From: Nitrososphaerota archaeon
GTDB lineage: Archaea; Thermoproteota; Nitrososphaeria; Conexivisphaerales; UBA164
Direction of reading: 5' to 3'
NCBI GenBank assembly: GCA_029786595.1
Contig: JAFLXO010000001.1
Location: forward strand, 1,332-65,331
DNA length: 64,000 nucleotides
The notes below the pieces were generated by a model, which worked only from the letters and a program-made list of their open reading frames with translations, was not told the DNA's origin and searched no databases. Positions within the stretch are counted from its first letter, which is position 1. Every line of letters begins with the position of its first letter. A program made the position numbers and the translations under genes. Positions 37,769 through 49,321 of the stretch are shown piece by piece.

Positions 37769-38311
37769 ATGAAAATCAGCAGTGACAGGGTCCTTCTGGA
37801 CCGTATAAACGACCATATGAAGATGAGGCGAAGCGCAAGGGATGAGCTTCCAGGCACCATCAAGGTGAAGCTGGAACATCTGGAGCACCTTCACTTCAGG
37901 GGAACGGCTTCGGAAGGAAGGGGGCTATCACTGGACATAGACGAATCTCCAGAGAGGGGCGGTCAGGGGAACGGAGTGACCCCATTGGAGACGTTCCTGA
38001 TGGGCGCAGGCGCGTGCTCCCTGACCCAGTGGGCGGCGCTGATCATAAGCGAAGGGTTGAAGGTGGACACGTTGAACGCCACGGTGACCGGGCAGATCGA
38101 CAGGAGGATCGAGGGGCTTTTCAGAAGCCTGACCTTTGACATAATGCTGACCGGCTCCGAAGGCGTTGAAAGGATAAGGGAGGCGTCCAGTGACGCAGAA
38201 GGGCTGTGCAGGACCGCCGAAGGGCTGTGCTACGTCCATAATACCCTTAGGCGGGCAGTTCCGATCCATACCAACGTATACATTAACGGGAACCTGATAT
38301 ATTCAGACTAG
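37769..38311 (+). CDS. OsmC/Ohr-family protein
   Basis: DE..ERGG.G.GVTPLE.FL.GAGAC; CYVHNTL. Confidence 0.85.
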   Translation: MKISSDRVLLDRINDHMKMRRSARDELPGTIKVKLEHLEHLHFRGTASEGRGLSLDIDESPERGGQGNGVTPLETFLMGAGACSLTQWAALIISEGLKVDTLNATVTGQIDRRIEGLFRSLTFDIMLTGSEGVERIREASSDAEGLCRTAEGLCYVHNTLRRAVPIHTNVYINGNLIYSD

Positions 38312-40074
38312 GCGGTGCACCATTGCGCGGCCGGCCCTCCCCCTTCGGGAGCTACCGGATTTAGCCCTTCTGATGGATTTTGAGCGGCGGCTCCCTTTCT
38401 GCGGCGCCTGCTGGAAAGGGCTGCCACGATAGCCACTATGGCGATGATGAACAGGAGCGCCCCTACCAGCTGATCCATGGAGAACCCGAATGGCAGCGCC
38501 GGTGCGGGGGCGCCGCCCTGCGATAGCTCATATACTATCGAGGCATTTCCGGCTCCCTCGATGGTCCCTCCGGGATTGGTCGGGTAGTATGTATAGCCTG
38601 AGATGCTAACGTTTTTGGCGCTCCAGTAGAGCAAGCCGTTAAGCCCGGAGATGGTTAGCGAAGAATTGGTCGTGTAGTACAGATCTCCATTCACCGTGAC
38701 CTCCCAGCCCGCCCCCTCCGGGAGGCCTATTTCGTTCCAGGTAAAGGAATAGCCAGGGGGCTGTGGGGGCGGCGTATAATTGAGTTCTGCCCCCCAGTAT
38801 ATGTAGCTGCTGAAATCCGGGCTGCCTATGGTGACAAAGGCGTTGCCGTTTTGCAGGACGGTCTGCAGGTTGTAGGCGCTTTCTGCTGTGTCACTGCCAA
38901 ATTCATATGCTGCGTACGGAGAAACAAATGTGCCGTTGGGCATCCTGTAGAACAGCATCAGCTCCGAGTTCATGCTGGTGAACGTGGTCGCCTCCCCGTT
39001 TTCTTCGCCTCCGAAGACCAGCTCCGCGTCGTAATAGTTACCTGAAGGGGTCATCCTGTAGCCGCTCACCAGTATGGAGGCGTTAATCACGCTGCTAGGT
39101 TCGGTTATGGTTACCGTATCGTATGTAACCCGAGGCCCTCCATTTACCTGATAACCGAAGGTTAAGGTGATGGAATTATGAGAGGAGGAAACGCTTATGG
39201 GGAGGAGCAGCTGCAGCGGAAGTGAATATGAAGTTGTAGCGGTGGAATACCCATAGTAGTACTGATCCCCCTGCTGCCATAGCGTCACCTCCCCGCGGCC
39301 CGCCGTTATTGAACTGATCATGCTGGATGCCTGGGCAGAGGCGTTCCAGACGTTATCGTTGATCATCATTTCGTTCTTGTTCGTAGTGAAATCAGCGATG
39401 TCCTGCAGCCAGTAGCTGTACTGCCCGGAGGTGGTATTGACCTGAAGCATGACGTTCAGCTGGAGGCTTGCCCCATATGGGTCAGCCGAGGAGCCGTTAT
39501 AGGCTCCTATGGCATTTATGGTCGCTTGGCCCAGCACCCCTGACGTAACGACTTCATATGGTACGACGTAGCCGGCGGAGTTGATCTCCTCCCCATAATC
39601 GGCCAGGCCCGTCGGGGCCGGGGCCCCAGAATATTTTGTGTATATACCGACGGGTATGGTGCCGTATGAGTAGTTGACATCAGCAGCGGACCTGGATATG
39701 TCGTTGTTGATGACCAGGTAATAGTTGCCCGGAGCTCCGATGCCAAGCGTCCGGGAGATATTCTCCGTCTGGAAGCCATAAAGATAGGCGACCGAGCCAT
39801 ATCGCTCGAACGTATTATACTGGCCCTGATTCATGACGTATATGTCAAGGGGCACGCTTGACTGGACCGAAAAGCTCAGCTGAAATCCATACGCGGATAT
39901 GTTTATCGGAATGGGCAGGTTATAATCGGGCTGGAGCACTATGCTGTAACCGGTAAAGGTCTGCTGCGCCCTGCTGAAGTCCGCCGGATGGTGGCCGGCC
40001 ACTAATGGGCCCGACGACATCAACACTAGCAGGATGATGAGCGCCGCGGCTGCAACCCTATTTTCTGCGCACAA
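38308..40074 (-). CDS. Thermopsin-family (A5) protease, membrane anchored
   Basis: PAPTGLADYG, ASLQLNV, YWLQD, DAELVFGG, GSDTAE; signal peptide and C-terminal TM. Confidence 0.9.
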   Translation of the reverse strand: MCAENRVAAAALIILLVLMSSGPLVAGHHPADFSRAQQTFTGYSIVLQPDYNLPIPINISAYGFQLSFSVQSSVPLDIYVMNQGQYNTFERYGSVAYLYGFQTENISRTLGIGAPGNYYLVINNDISRSAADVNYSYGTIPVGIYTKYSGAPAPTGLADYGEEINSAGYVVPYEVVTSGVLGQATINAIGAYNGSSADPYGASLQLNVMLQVNTTSGQYSYWLQDIADFTTNKNEMMINDNVWNASAQASSMISSITAGRGEVTLWQQGDQYYYGYSTATTSYSLPLQLLLPISVSSSHNSITLTFGYQVNGGPRVTYDTVTITEPSSVINASILVSGYRMTPSGNYYDAELVFGGEENGEATTFTSMNSELMLFYRMPNGTFVSPYAAYEFGSDTAESAYNLQTVLQNGNAFVTIGSPDFSSYIYWGAELNYTPPPQPPGYSFTWNEIGLPEGAGWEVTVNGDLYYTTNSSLTISGLNGLLYWSAKNVSISGYTYYPTNPGGTIEGAGNASIVYELSQGGAPAPALPFGFSMDQLVGALLFIIAIVAIVAALSSRRRRKGAAAQNPSEGLNPVAPEGGGPAAQWCTA

Positions 40075-40380
40075 CCATATCCGTTGTCAGGACTGATATA
40101 AATAGGTAGATATGGTAGCTATAATGGCTGTAGCCGGTCATATTGACGGGTCAGAAGGGAGTACCGCCGTCCGTCCCTCATAAGGCAATCACAGGTAGCC
40201 ACCGCAGGACGGCGGCCCGGTAGCGCGTTTTCCGCGCAAATAATTATAAGTGGGATAGTGATAAAGCGGGTCATGATAGCTAAAGAGAAATTTATACCGG
40301 TCCTGCATGGTGGCCTGAACGGACGCGCTTCGGACATCCGATATGATAGGGAAGGGTTAAGGCCCGCCCTGGTGATCTAG

Positions 40381-41430
40381 ATGAAGTATACATCGCTGGG
40401 GACCACCGGCGTTCACGTATCGGTACTGGCGCTCGGGGCCATGACCTTCGGCACGGGGAACGCCTGGAAGCTGGGTGGCCTGGATCAGGAGGCCGTGGAC
40501 AGGATGGTCTCCCGGGCCATTGACGCTGGAATAAACCTTTACGATACGGCCGATGTCTACGACGCCGGGGAGTCCGAGAGGATGCTAGGCAGGGCCATCA
40601 GGCCATACCGCGAAAAGGTCCTCATAGCCACAAAGGTCAGGGGGAAGATGGGTGAGGGCATAAACGATGTCGGACTTTCAAGGCACCATATCAGGATCGC
40701 GGCGCGGAAGAGCCTGGAGAGGCTGGGAACAGACCGGATAGACCTGTACCAATTTCATTCATGGGACCCCCTCGTCCCCCTTGAGGAGTCGCTTGAAGCA
40801 ATGCAGGACCTCATCGAGGAGGGGATGGTCGACTACCCCGGCGTCTCGAACTTTACGGCCTGGCAGATGGCTACGCTGCAGGCGAGGTGTGAGGAAAGGG
40901 GATATGCCAGGTACCAGACGGCCCAGATGAACTACAGCCTACTGAACCGAGACATCGAACACGAAGTGCTTCCATTCATGCGTTACAGCAGGATGAGCCT
41001 CCTGGTCTGGAGCCCGCTACATGGGGGCGTCCTGAGCGGCAAGTACGACAGGAAAAGCAGCCCTCCGGCCGGGACACGTGCGGGCGACAGGGGCCTGTTC
41101 TTCCCGTTCTTTGAAGAGGCGAAGGGGTTCGATATAGTAGAGGCGGTGAAGGATATCGCTAAGGAGTCGGGGGCCACACCGGCACAGGTCTCCCTGTCCT
41201 GGCTGCTGTCCAAGGGGCATATAGTGCTGCTTGGAGCCAGGACAATGAAGCAGTTAGAGGAGAACCTTGGCTCCCTGGATGTTAACCTGTCCGGGGAACA
41301 GATGGCCAGGCTGGATGAGCTTACAAAGCAGAGGGTGCAGTATCCGAACTGGATGATCGACAGGCAGGGTTCCGGCGCGAGGAACTTTACAGTCGAACCG
41401 TCCCCCTGGGAAAGGCCGGGCAAAATTTGA
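40381..41430 (+). CDS. Aldo/keto reductase
   Basis: LGAMTFG, DTADVY, IATK, SLERLGTDRIDLYQFH, WSPL.GG.L.GK. Confidence 0.95.
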   Translation: MKYTSLGTTGVHVSVLALGAMTFGTGNAWKLGGLDQEAVDRMVSRAIDAGINLYDTADVYDAGESERMLGRAIRPYREKVLIATKVRGKMGEGINDVGLSRHHIRIAARKSLERLGTDRIDLYQFHSWDPLVPLEESLEAMQDLIEEGMVDYPGVSNFTAWQMATLQARCEERGYARYQTAQMNYSLLNRDIEHEVLPFMRYSRMSLLVWSPLHGGVLSGKYDRKSSPPAGTRAGDRGLFFPFFEEAKGFDIVEAVKDIAKESGATPAQVSLSWLLSKGHIVLLGARTMKQLEENLGSLDVNLSGEQMARLDELTKQRVQYPNWMIDRQGSGARNFTVEPSPWERPGKI

Positions 41431-41624
41431 CCGGTGACCGACCGTCCAGCAGCTAAGGATGGCCTAGAGCCTTCCTTCTGAACCCGATCCGCTTGTCCTC
41501 ATTCCCACCTTATGGCCAATCGCACGGTTAGCCATCTAACGCTATTCGTCATACTTCCTTGTGGAGCTTCTCCTACCGGGTTCTTACAATAAAGGAGGCG
41601 CTGACCGTTAGCGCCGTCATACCT

Positions 41625-44600
41625 TCAATTGCCAACCATCGGGCTTGAGCAGCCCAGGTAGCCATTGTTTCCTGAAAATGAGGCATTAGAGTTGGTTATG
41701 CCTTCGCTTCCGTATGGGTCGTTCACCGTATAGGAGTAATATCCCGCGCTGTTCGTAGTGACGCTGCCGGCTATATGCCAGGATTGACCGCCATCGGTAC
41801 TGAAGGTCACGTTTACAGTCTGCCCCCCTAGGGCCATGCCATTGTCGGCCGTCCTGAGGTATCCGGAGATCGTATACGTGCCAACGCCAACAGTGAAGCC
41901 TGCGCTCAGCCTGGTAGGCGTGTTGTATATCGCCATATCTGTAACGTTGCCGCCTGAACTTACGTACAGTGAGGTGGTGGCGCTGTAAGCCCTTTCGCCG
42001 AGGGAGTCCATTCCATAAGTAATGTAATACCAGCCAGGGGGAAGCCATGTTGAGCCACCGCTTTGGATATCCTGTACAGTTACTGGGCCGGAGAGGCTGG
42101 CTGTGGAATGCACCGGATAGCTGGAGCCATAGTCCAGCGCGCCGTACCACAGCTCGCCCTCGGTCAGGAAATTGGCGCCAAGCGACTCCGGGCCACTCAT
42201 GATCACCGTCGTTGGGTTATCCATGGAACCCGTCGTCCAGCCCCAAAAGCAGTGCCCTGTGCCGCCGGTTGCCCTAACGATCACGGATGAACCTGCATCA
42301 TACCATCCTGATGATGGGGAAACTGAGCCATCGCTTGTAGAACCATTGACATAGGTCGTAAGATAGTACTGCGTGGTGCTGTAATTGGCCGTGATAGTGC
42401 TCTGGCCAGTAACGGTCAACGAACCGTTTAGAGGGTCCGGCCCAATGTACCTTATACCGTGTCCGCCGCTGAACGAACTATTGAAAAGGTATGTTACAAC
42501 ACTTCCACTGGGCTCCCATATGGTGAACGGCGTGAGCCCGGAGCCGAAATTAGTATATACAAAGGAGCCGTTCGCGGGGTAACTCTGGAATGTAACGGAA
42601 TACTGTATTTCATATTTACCTGTAAGCGAGCCCGGTGAGGAGACGGTTACGGAGCCTGAGCGTTCATCGCTGATTCCGGCTGTGGAAGTCCATACAAACC
42701 TGGTCCCTCCCCCAGCCGCTATGGGGGAAATGAACGTGAAGTCCATGGTGCTTCCCGGTGATAGATAGAACGTGCGGGGCAGCTGATATAATGAGTAATT
42801 CAAGCCGTCTATTATAACCGCCGTCCCCGGAGCGTTCAACCCGGACACGGAGACCGTAATGCCGGCGTCGAAGTAAACCGTCTCATTGACCGGGCCGTTC
42901 AGATAGATGGTAGGCATCTGAAGCGTCCCTGTGTAGGATCCGCTGCCCGATCCCACCCATTTGGCAAAGCTCCACCCGGGAGCTGGGATGGCAATTAACT
43001 GGCCGCCTATGTTCGGGGTATACCATCCCGATTTTACGGAATACCCGCTGGTCGTGTTTACAGCACCAGCGCCCGCTGGATTGACCACCATTGAAAGGTA
43101 GTACTAGCGCTGGTATGTACCGATTATGGCCCCCGGGGACGTCACAGTCAGGGTGCCCGATTGGGAGCTTGCCAGCCCGCTTACGCTTTCCAAAAATGAC
43201 CTGTTTCCGGTTCCATAGAGGACCTGCTGAGCAAAGGAGTAGGTTAAAATGGAATTGGGAGCGGCGTAAAGCGTCAGCGGCAGCTGCGAGCAGGAGAAGG
43301 CCTTACCGTTAACCGTGACCACCACCGCAGGTGAGCCTGCGGCTATCCCTGATGCGGACAGCGTAATGCCGGCGTATAGATTTGCGGTCTCGATGATGGG
43401 CCCGTTCATGATGACGCTTGGCGATGAAGATGAGCCGGTGTAGGACCCCGACCCCGAGCCAGTCCATGAGTTAAACACCCAGCCACTGTCCGGGGAAACG
43501 GCAAGCTGGACGGTGGACCCCTGGTTATAATATCCTGTCTTCGGAGTAACAGAGCCAGAGCCCGAAGGGTTTACCAGAAGTGTAAGGTTGTATTGTGTTA
43601 CATATGTGGCAACCACATCGCCTGAGCCCGTCAGGTAAATTACAGCCGATCGTGTGGACGCTAGGCCTGACGTTGAAATCCAGCTATATATCTTTCCGGT
43701 TGAAGAGGTTGATAATGGCGAGGTCCAGGAATAGGACACCGCGGTTCCAACGGGCGCTTCGACAGTTACCGGAAGCTGAGTGTAGTTATAGAAGTAGGTG
43801 TTTCCGAAATATGAGATGGTCAGGACGTTCCCAACGGTATCAGGCCCAGCGCCGGTGGTGTAAAATTCGACCCCGGGATCTACGCTGGCTGCAACGTTTT
43901 CGTTAGCAACGCTGTTGATGCCGACCCATATACCCACAAGCGTGCTGTTGTTTATCCCGGCATAGTCACCTGCCTGCAGCTGTAACAGGGTGTAGTTGAT
44001 GGCATTTATGGACACTACGGTTGACGGGCCTATTGTATCGTTCCCGTTGATGGGTGGGGCCGTCGACCCGTTGACATCGCCGTTCAGAGAGCTCATTATC
44101 CCCCCGGATGTCCAGGCAAAGAACGGGCCATTGGCAGATGTATCGTTGGCGGCGCTGGCATCGAACCACAGATCAACGTAGTACGGTCCGGTCCCAACGA
44201 TTTGCAGGCCGGTTAGGTTGCCGAGCTTACCATAGGTATAACCGTACCCCAGGATAAGGCGGCTTGAGTTCGAACTATCTATATCCATTGTGACGGAGCC
44301 ATTGCTGTTCAATTTTTCCATCATCGTATTTCCTAAACTGAAGGGATACATGGACCTGTGCAGGCTTCCCTGATAGTAGGCATAATAGGTTAATGGGTTT
44401 TCGGTGTAGATGACGGATAGCGTCCCTGAGTATTCATTGGCCACATACATATAACCGTTGGCCGGGTCGTAGGCAATACCATACGGCGTACTTCCCACCG
44501 TTATGGCGGCTGTTACGTCCTGAGTGGAACAATCGATCGCGGCTATCTGGCCCATTCCGGATTCTGAAACGTACATTGACCCCATAAGAGGGTCATATGC

Positions 44601-45560
44601 TATACCCCATGGAATGGCGGATTGGCCGGCCCCCACGGGCAAGGAAACATATTGTTGCACGCTTTCCACTGAAGTGTTTATTACGGCCACCGTATTCACA
44701 TACTCGCTCCCAGCGGCATTGGTAACATAGACCAATCCATTTGAAGGATCGTATGCTATGGCGTATGGACCGTTAAAGCCAGCTATATACGATAAGGCCG
44801 AATCGTTAACTGGATCTATAACGGCGACACAGCCGCCATCTGGAATGGTGGCATAAATGTAGCCGGTGGATGGATCATATAGCAATTCAAGAGGAGCGTG
44901 GAATGACATATTGATGATACCCACTACGCTTTCCATGGTGGGATCGATGACGGAGATATAATAGTTGTTATCAGTGGAACCTGAGTCGGCCACGTACATG
45001 TACCCGTTGGCCGAGTCATACGCTATTCCATACGGTTCATGGCCAACCGGTATGGTCTTTATAACGCTTTGAGAGGAGGTATTAATGACGGAAACTGCAT
45101 CCGATCCGTAATCAGTTACGTACATGTACCCGTTGGCCGGATCATACGCTATTCCGTAAGGCTTGGGGCCAACTCCTATATTGGCAACCATCATCTCCGT
45201 TGAGGAATTTATAACCTGCACCGAGCCAGGCCCTGAACCGCTTCCATTTGTCACATATATGCACCTGTCGGCAGTGTCGTACGTTACCGCGTAAGGGTTA
45301 GTATCGTTTGAGGGATTTGTGTTAGTCTGCTGATTTCCGTAAAGGAGCGTGCCATTATGGAGCAGCAGGGTGTACAGCACAGATCCTGATGTATTGTATG
45401 GCAATACCGTGGTCGAGTTGACGGGCTGCGCGAACACGGCGCCCGAGCCAGGCCCGCCCGCCCCCCAGCTGCCGTACGCTCCGAACAGGAGTGGAGACAG
45501 GGAGGCTACAAACATGATCAGGATGAGCAGTGCTGCCAACCTTCCTCCCCTTGTGCTCAA
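41625..45560 (-). pseudogene. Large secreted YVTN beta-propeller/repeat surface protein, interrupted by one in-frame TAG
   Basis: PYGIAYDPANGYMYV repeats, then W.F..W.GSG.GSYTG repeats; the two ORFs share one frame across TAG 43104-43106; TTG start after GGAGGT. Confidence 0.8.
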
Positions 45561-45854
45561 ACCGAACCTCCGGCCGCGCCCATGGCTCCATGCCTGATTG
45601 TAAATAAATGAATGGAAACTTAATATGCGTTTAATATATTTATGGAATGGACCATAAATTGCCATAATAAATAAATAATGACATTTATTTATAAAGTTTT
45701 TTAATGGGTTTTTGTCGTTGAAGCCGATTCCCTGGCAACTGGTGAACTCAAAAAGGTGATGGCGGGGGCCAGTTTAGCGTAAGATGGTGTCATGGATTGA
45801 ATTCAGGTCGTGCCTGAAGATGTTCCCGCAGGGGAAGAAAAAAAATGGTCCAGT

Positions 45855-46034
45855 TCAGCCGCGGATGGCCGAACTGACCTTTTGTGCCAGGTCCGGTGAT
45901 ACAGACTGTATCCCGTGGGCAACCTTCGCATGGATGGATGCGATCTGCATCAGTTCATCCTTCGATGAAGCCCCCTTGACCTCGAACCCGCACTTCATTC
46001 CGATGTCCTTGCATTTGAAACTGTAGCTGGGCAT
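45855..46034 (-). CDS. DUF1059-family small metal-binding protein
   Basis: MPSYSFKCKDIGMKCGFEV...HAKVAHG..KVSSAIRG*. Not in the ORF track. Confidence 0.85.
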   Translation of the reverse strand: MPSYSFKCKDIGMKCGFEVKGASSKDELMQIASIHAKVAHGIQSVSPDLAQKVSSAIRG

Positions 46035-46188
46035 TTTACTCGATTTATGCCATTGTCTCCGGTCTATTTAAGGCGTACTGAGGAACAGACGGCCCTGCAT
46101 GGCCATCCCTCTATACTCAATGGATAAGCCTTTTCGTTCATCGAGCTAGACATAAATCTTAAGCGGCACAGGTGGGAGCGGTGATCTG

Positions 46189-46998
46189 ATGCGCCGGCAG
46201 GATAAGGGCGGTCCGAACAGGCTTGGGTCCATAGAACACAGGCTCAAATCATACGAAGAAGCAGGCAAGGAGGAAATCTCCAGATACTCCTACTATCTGC
46301 TGATATTCTCGATCATCACCTTCCTGCTGACCTTTACAGGCTTCCTGAACGGCTACTTCCACTTTATGAACGTCGCAGCCTATTACAGATACGAAAAATC
46401 AGTGCTTTCGCCGCTTAAGGCCACGGGCTACGTCACGATGTTCCTGGTGTTGTGCTTCTTCCCGGTGAGCGACTATGTGCTGATACCCTTTTACGGCTAT
46501 TTGTCGTCCCTCGGGTACTTCAACGTCTACCTGACGCTCCTGGTAGTGGTTGGCTCGATGATGTTTATAGCCGAAATCGAGTATTTTGGCGGAAGGTTCG
46601 CGGGCAGGGCGATCCTGTTAAAAGCGCTCTCCTACTTCAGGATAAAGGAGAAGGACATCGAAGTGGCTGACAGATGGCTGGCCAGGCACGGTCCATTTTC
46701 AATCTTCATGTCCACCTTTGTGCCATACTTCAGGAACGTCACGTCGCTGGCCGCCGGCACCCTTAAAATGAACGCCGGGTACTATGCCATAAGCAACCTG
46801 GTCGGCTATTTCCTCAGGGCGCTGTTCCTGCTGTACCTTGGCTATACCGGGCTGGACGTGCTGACCCCCTCCTTTGACTACAGATATCGCCTGCCCCTGC
46901 TCCTTACCGCGGTATTTATGGCGCTGATGATCGCTATGACAGCTTTGATGATGTATGAAATAAGACCAGCGGCCGGGAAGCGCGACCCTGGCCCATAG
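46189..46998 (+). CDS. DedA/VTT-family membrane protein
   Basis: FPVSD..L..GYL; FVPYFRNVTSLAAG. Confidence 0.85.
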   Translation: MRRQDKGGPNRLGSIEHRLKSYEEAGKEEISRYSYYLLIFSIITFLLTFTGFLNGYFHFMNVAAYYRYEKSVLSPLKATGYVTMFLVLCFFPVSDYVLIPFYGYLSSLGYFNVYLTLLVVVGSMMFIAEIEYFGGRFAGRAILLKALSYFRIKEKDIEVADRWLARHGPFSIFMSTFVPYFRNVTSLAAGTLKMNAGYYAISNLVGYFLRALFLLYLGYTGLDVLTPSFDYRYRLPLLLTAVFMALMIAMTALMMYEIRPAAGKRDPGP

Positions 46999-47060
46999 AG
47001 GGAAGCGGGCAGCGTACGTCATTCTCGTGCCGGCCTAAGATACAAGTGCACCGGGCTGGG

Positions 47061-48023
47061 TCAGGCACCCTGGGCGGGGGCCTCCATTATCCTGACCGAA
47101 GTTTCATATGGGCGCCCGACCCTCAGCGCCACTAACCTGAGCGCCTGCCCGATCTGTAGCCTTGATAGGGCCTGTATGAGGTCCTTCATATCATTAACCC
47201 TCAGTTCACCGACCTGGATGATTATATCGCCTTCCTTAAGGCCGGCTTCATATGCCGGGCTATCGGGCGCTATCCCGACCAGGAACACGCCGGACTCCGT
47301 TGGCAAGTTGAACCTCCTCGCTATCGCGGGGTTGAGCCCTACGCCTGATATCCCCAGCCATGGCCTGATCACCCTTCCGTTGTTCAATATCTGGTCTACC
47401 ACCTGTTTGATCGTGTTCACCGGTATTGCGAATCCAACGCCCTGTGCAAACGGCATCATAGCGGTGTTCATGCCTATTACGTTGGCCTCAAGGTCGGCCA
47501 GCGGGCCGCCGCTGTTGCCCGGGTTGATGCTGGCATCCGTCTGGATCAGCCCTTCAAGCACGAAGTCGGTGCCTGGAAGCGGCCTCCCCAGGGCGCTGAT
47601 GACGCCCATTGATACCGTCGGATCGCCTGGCAGGCCGAGCGCGTTCCCTATTGCCAGGACCATCTGGCCAGCCTTAAGAGCATCCGAATCTCCCAGCCTG
47701 GCGGCGGTAAGGTGGTCCGAATCCACCCGCACAAGAGCCAGATCGGTGGGCTTGTCGGTCCCTATCACTTCGCCTACAAACGTCCTCCCATCCCTCAGGG
47801 TCACCTGTACCCTTGTGGCATCGTCTATGACGTGGTTATTGGTGACTATCAGCCCTCGCCCATCAATTATGATCCCCGACGCCTGACCTTCGAGGGGGAC
47901 TATCCCCAGCCGGTTATCCCTTGCCAGCCTCGTGCTTTCTATGCTGACAACGCTTTCTTCCATCCTTTCAACGGCCTTAGTTATCTGTCCTTGAATCGAA
48001 TCGTCAAACAATCTTCCTTTCAC
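47061..48023 (-). CDS. HtrA/DegP-like serine protease with PDZ domain
   Basis: TNNHV, DLALV, INPGNSGGPL, PDZ SPA..AGLKEGD. Confidence 0.93.
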   Translation of the reverse strand: MKGRLFDDSIQGQITKAVERMEESVVSIESTRLARDNRLGIVPLEGQASGIIIDGRGLIVTNNHVIDDATRVQVTLRDGRTFVGEVIGTDKPTDLALVRVDSDHLTAARLGDSDALKAGQMVLAIGNALGLPGDPTVSMGVISALGRPLPGTDFVLEGLIQTDASINPGNSGGPLADLEANVIGMNTAMMPFAQGVGFAIPVNTIKQVVDQILNNGRVIRPWLGISGVGLNPAIARRFNLPTESGVFLVGIAPDSPAYEAGLKEGDIIIQVGELRVNDMKDLIQALSRLQIGQALRLVALRVGRPYETSVRIMEAPAQGA

Positions 48024-48109
48024 TGGTAGGCTATATATTGGGTGTCCAATATAAGTATATCGCGCCTTTTTCCGCGCCTAGCAATCCATCATCCGGCAAA
48101 GCCGGAGCC

Positions 48110-48733
48110 TCAGGATGTCATCATGGCAGAAGCGGTCTCCCCAGGGGCAATCTCCTGCCTTCCGCCCCTTGATGATATGGCCGTGGCGATCACGTTATGA
48201 AGCAGTTCCTTAAGAAGGGACCTAGCGATATCATCGGTCAGCTCGCCATTAGCGTTGAACTTCCGATGGGCGTAGCTCAGGAATACGCCGGGCCTTGTAA
48301 CCAGGCGGGCGTCAAGGTCAAGCAGCACCTGCCGCAGGTGATACTGTGCCCTTGAGCCTCCGAGCGCGCCCGTGGACGCGCTGACAACAGCAACCGTCTT
48401 TCCTTCAAAGGAATTGTGGCCGTGGGGCCTTGATGCCCAGTCCAGGGCGTTCTTCAGCACCCCCGGAAATGAGGATGTATATTCCGGAGTGGCTATCAGG
48501 ACGGCGTCTGCGCCTTCGATCTTATCCTTGAAATCTTTCACCCGAACCGGCATCCTCAATTCTTCGAGGTCCTGATTGAAAAGGGGTATGCCCTTAAGGC
48601 TGAAGACATCGAGCGTCACGCCTCTGGGCACCACTTCAGAAGCGGCCCTTAGAAGCGCCCTGTTGAAGGATTCCCTTCGCAGGCTTCCAGCTATTCCCAG
48701 TATGCTGAACGTCCCCTCCTTTTTCTGCGCCAT
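48110..48733 (-). CDS. NADPH-dependent FMN reductase
   Basis: GSLRRESFN; TPEY...GVLKNALDW.SRP. Confidence 0.92.
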   Translation of the reverse strand: MAQKKEGTFSILGIAGSLRRESFNRALLRAASEVVPRGVTLDVFSLKGIPLFNQDLEELRMPVRVKDFKDKIEGADAVLIATPEYTSSFPGVLKNALDWASRPHGHNSFEGKTVAVVSASTGALGGSRAQYHLRQVLLDLDARLVTRPGVFLSYAHRKFNANGELTDDIARSLLKELLHNVIATAISSRGGRQEIAPGETASAMMTS

Positions 48734-48835
48734 ATAATCTATCGGATGCCCGATAATGTATATATAAATTGACAGCAAGAATCTATCGGACGGCCAATAT
48801 ATTTATATCGCCGCCAAGGGTTAAACCCAAGGGGC

Positions 48836-49189
48836 ATGGCTGGGAAGTCGGTGAAAAAGAGGCCGGGCTGTGATATGCGCGGCATGCTGTCCTTTCAGAT
48901 ACTGTGGTTGCTTTCAAACCGCCCCATGTACGGTCAGGAGCTTGCCCGCGAAATCGAGAGGAGGAGGGGGGAGAAGCCTAACCCCGGGACCATCTATCCG
49001 GCCATAAAGGAACTTTCAGAGGGGGGGCTGATAATGGGCAGGACGGAGGGGCGCAGCACGGTATACCGGTTAACCGGAAAGGGGAGCTCCACGCTGAAGG
49101 CGTCGCTGGCCTATTTTGAACGGGCGTACGCCGACATCTTTTACTCTATACCATCGGTGCAAAGGAGGATGAAGGAAGGTCGAGCGTAG
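48836..49189 (+). CDS. PadR-family regulator
   Basis: PMYGQEL...PGTIYP...YRLTGKG. Confidence 0.9.
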   Translation: MAGKSVKKRPGCDMRGMLSFQILWLLSNRPMYGQELAREIERRRGEKPNPGTIYPAIKELSEGGLIMGRTEGRSTVYRLTGKGSSTLKASLAYFERAYADIFYSIPSVQRRMKEGRA

Positions 49190-49321
49190 CTGCAGCACGG
49201 GCCCGGCCGGCCCGAGTGTTAGACCTGAGACGGTGTAGCGGGAGCATACTATGAAACATGGTAGGAGCCCATCTTCCTCCTCTTTGAAAGCGTCAGCAGG
49301 GCACCATCAGGAGGCGGAATA

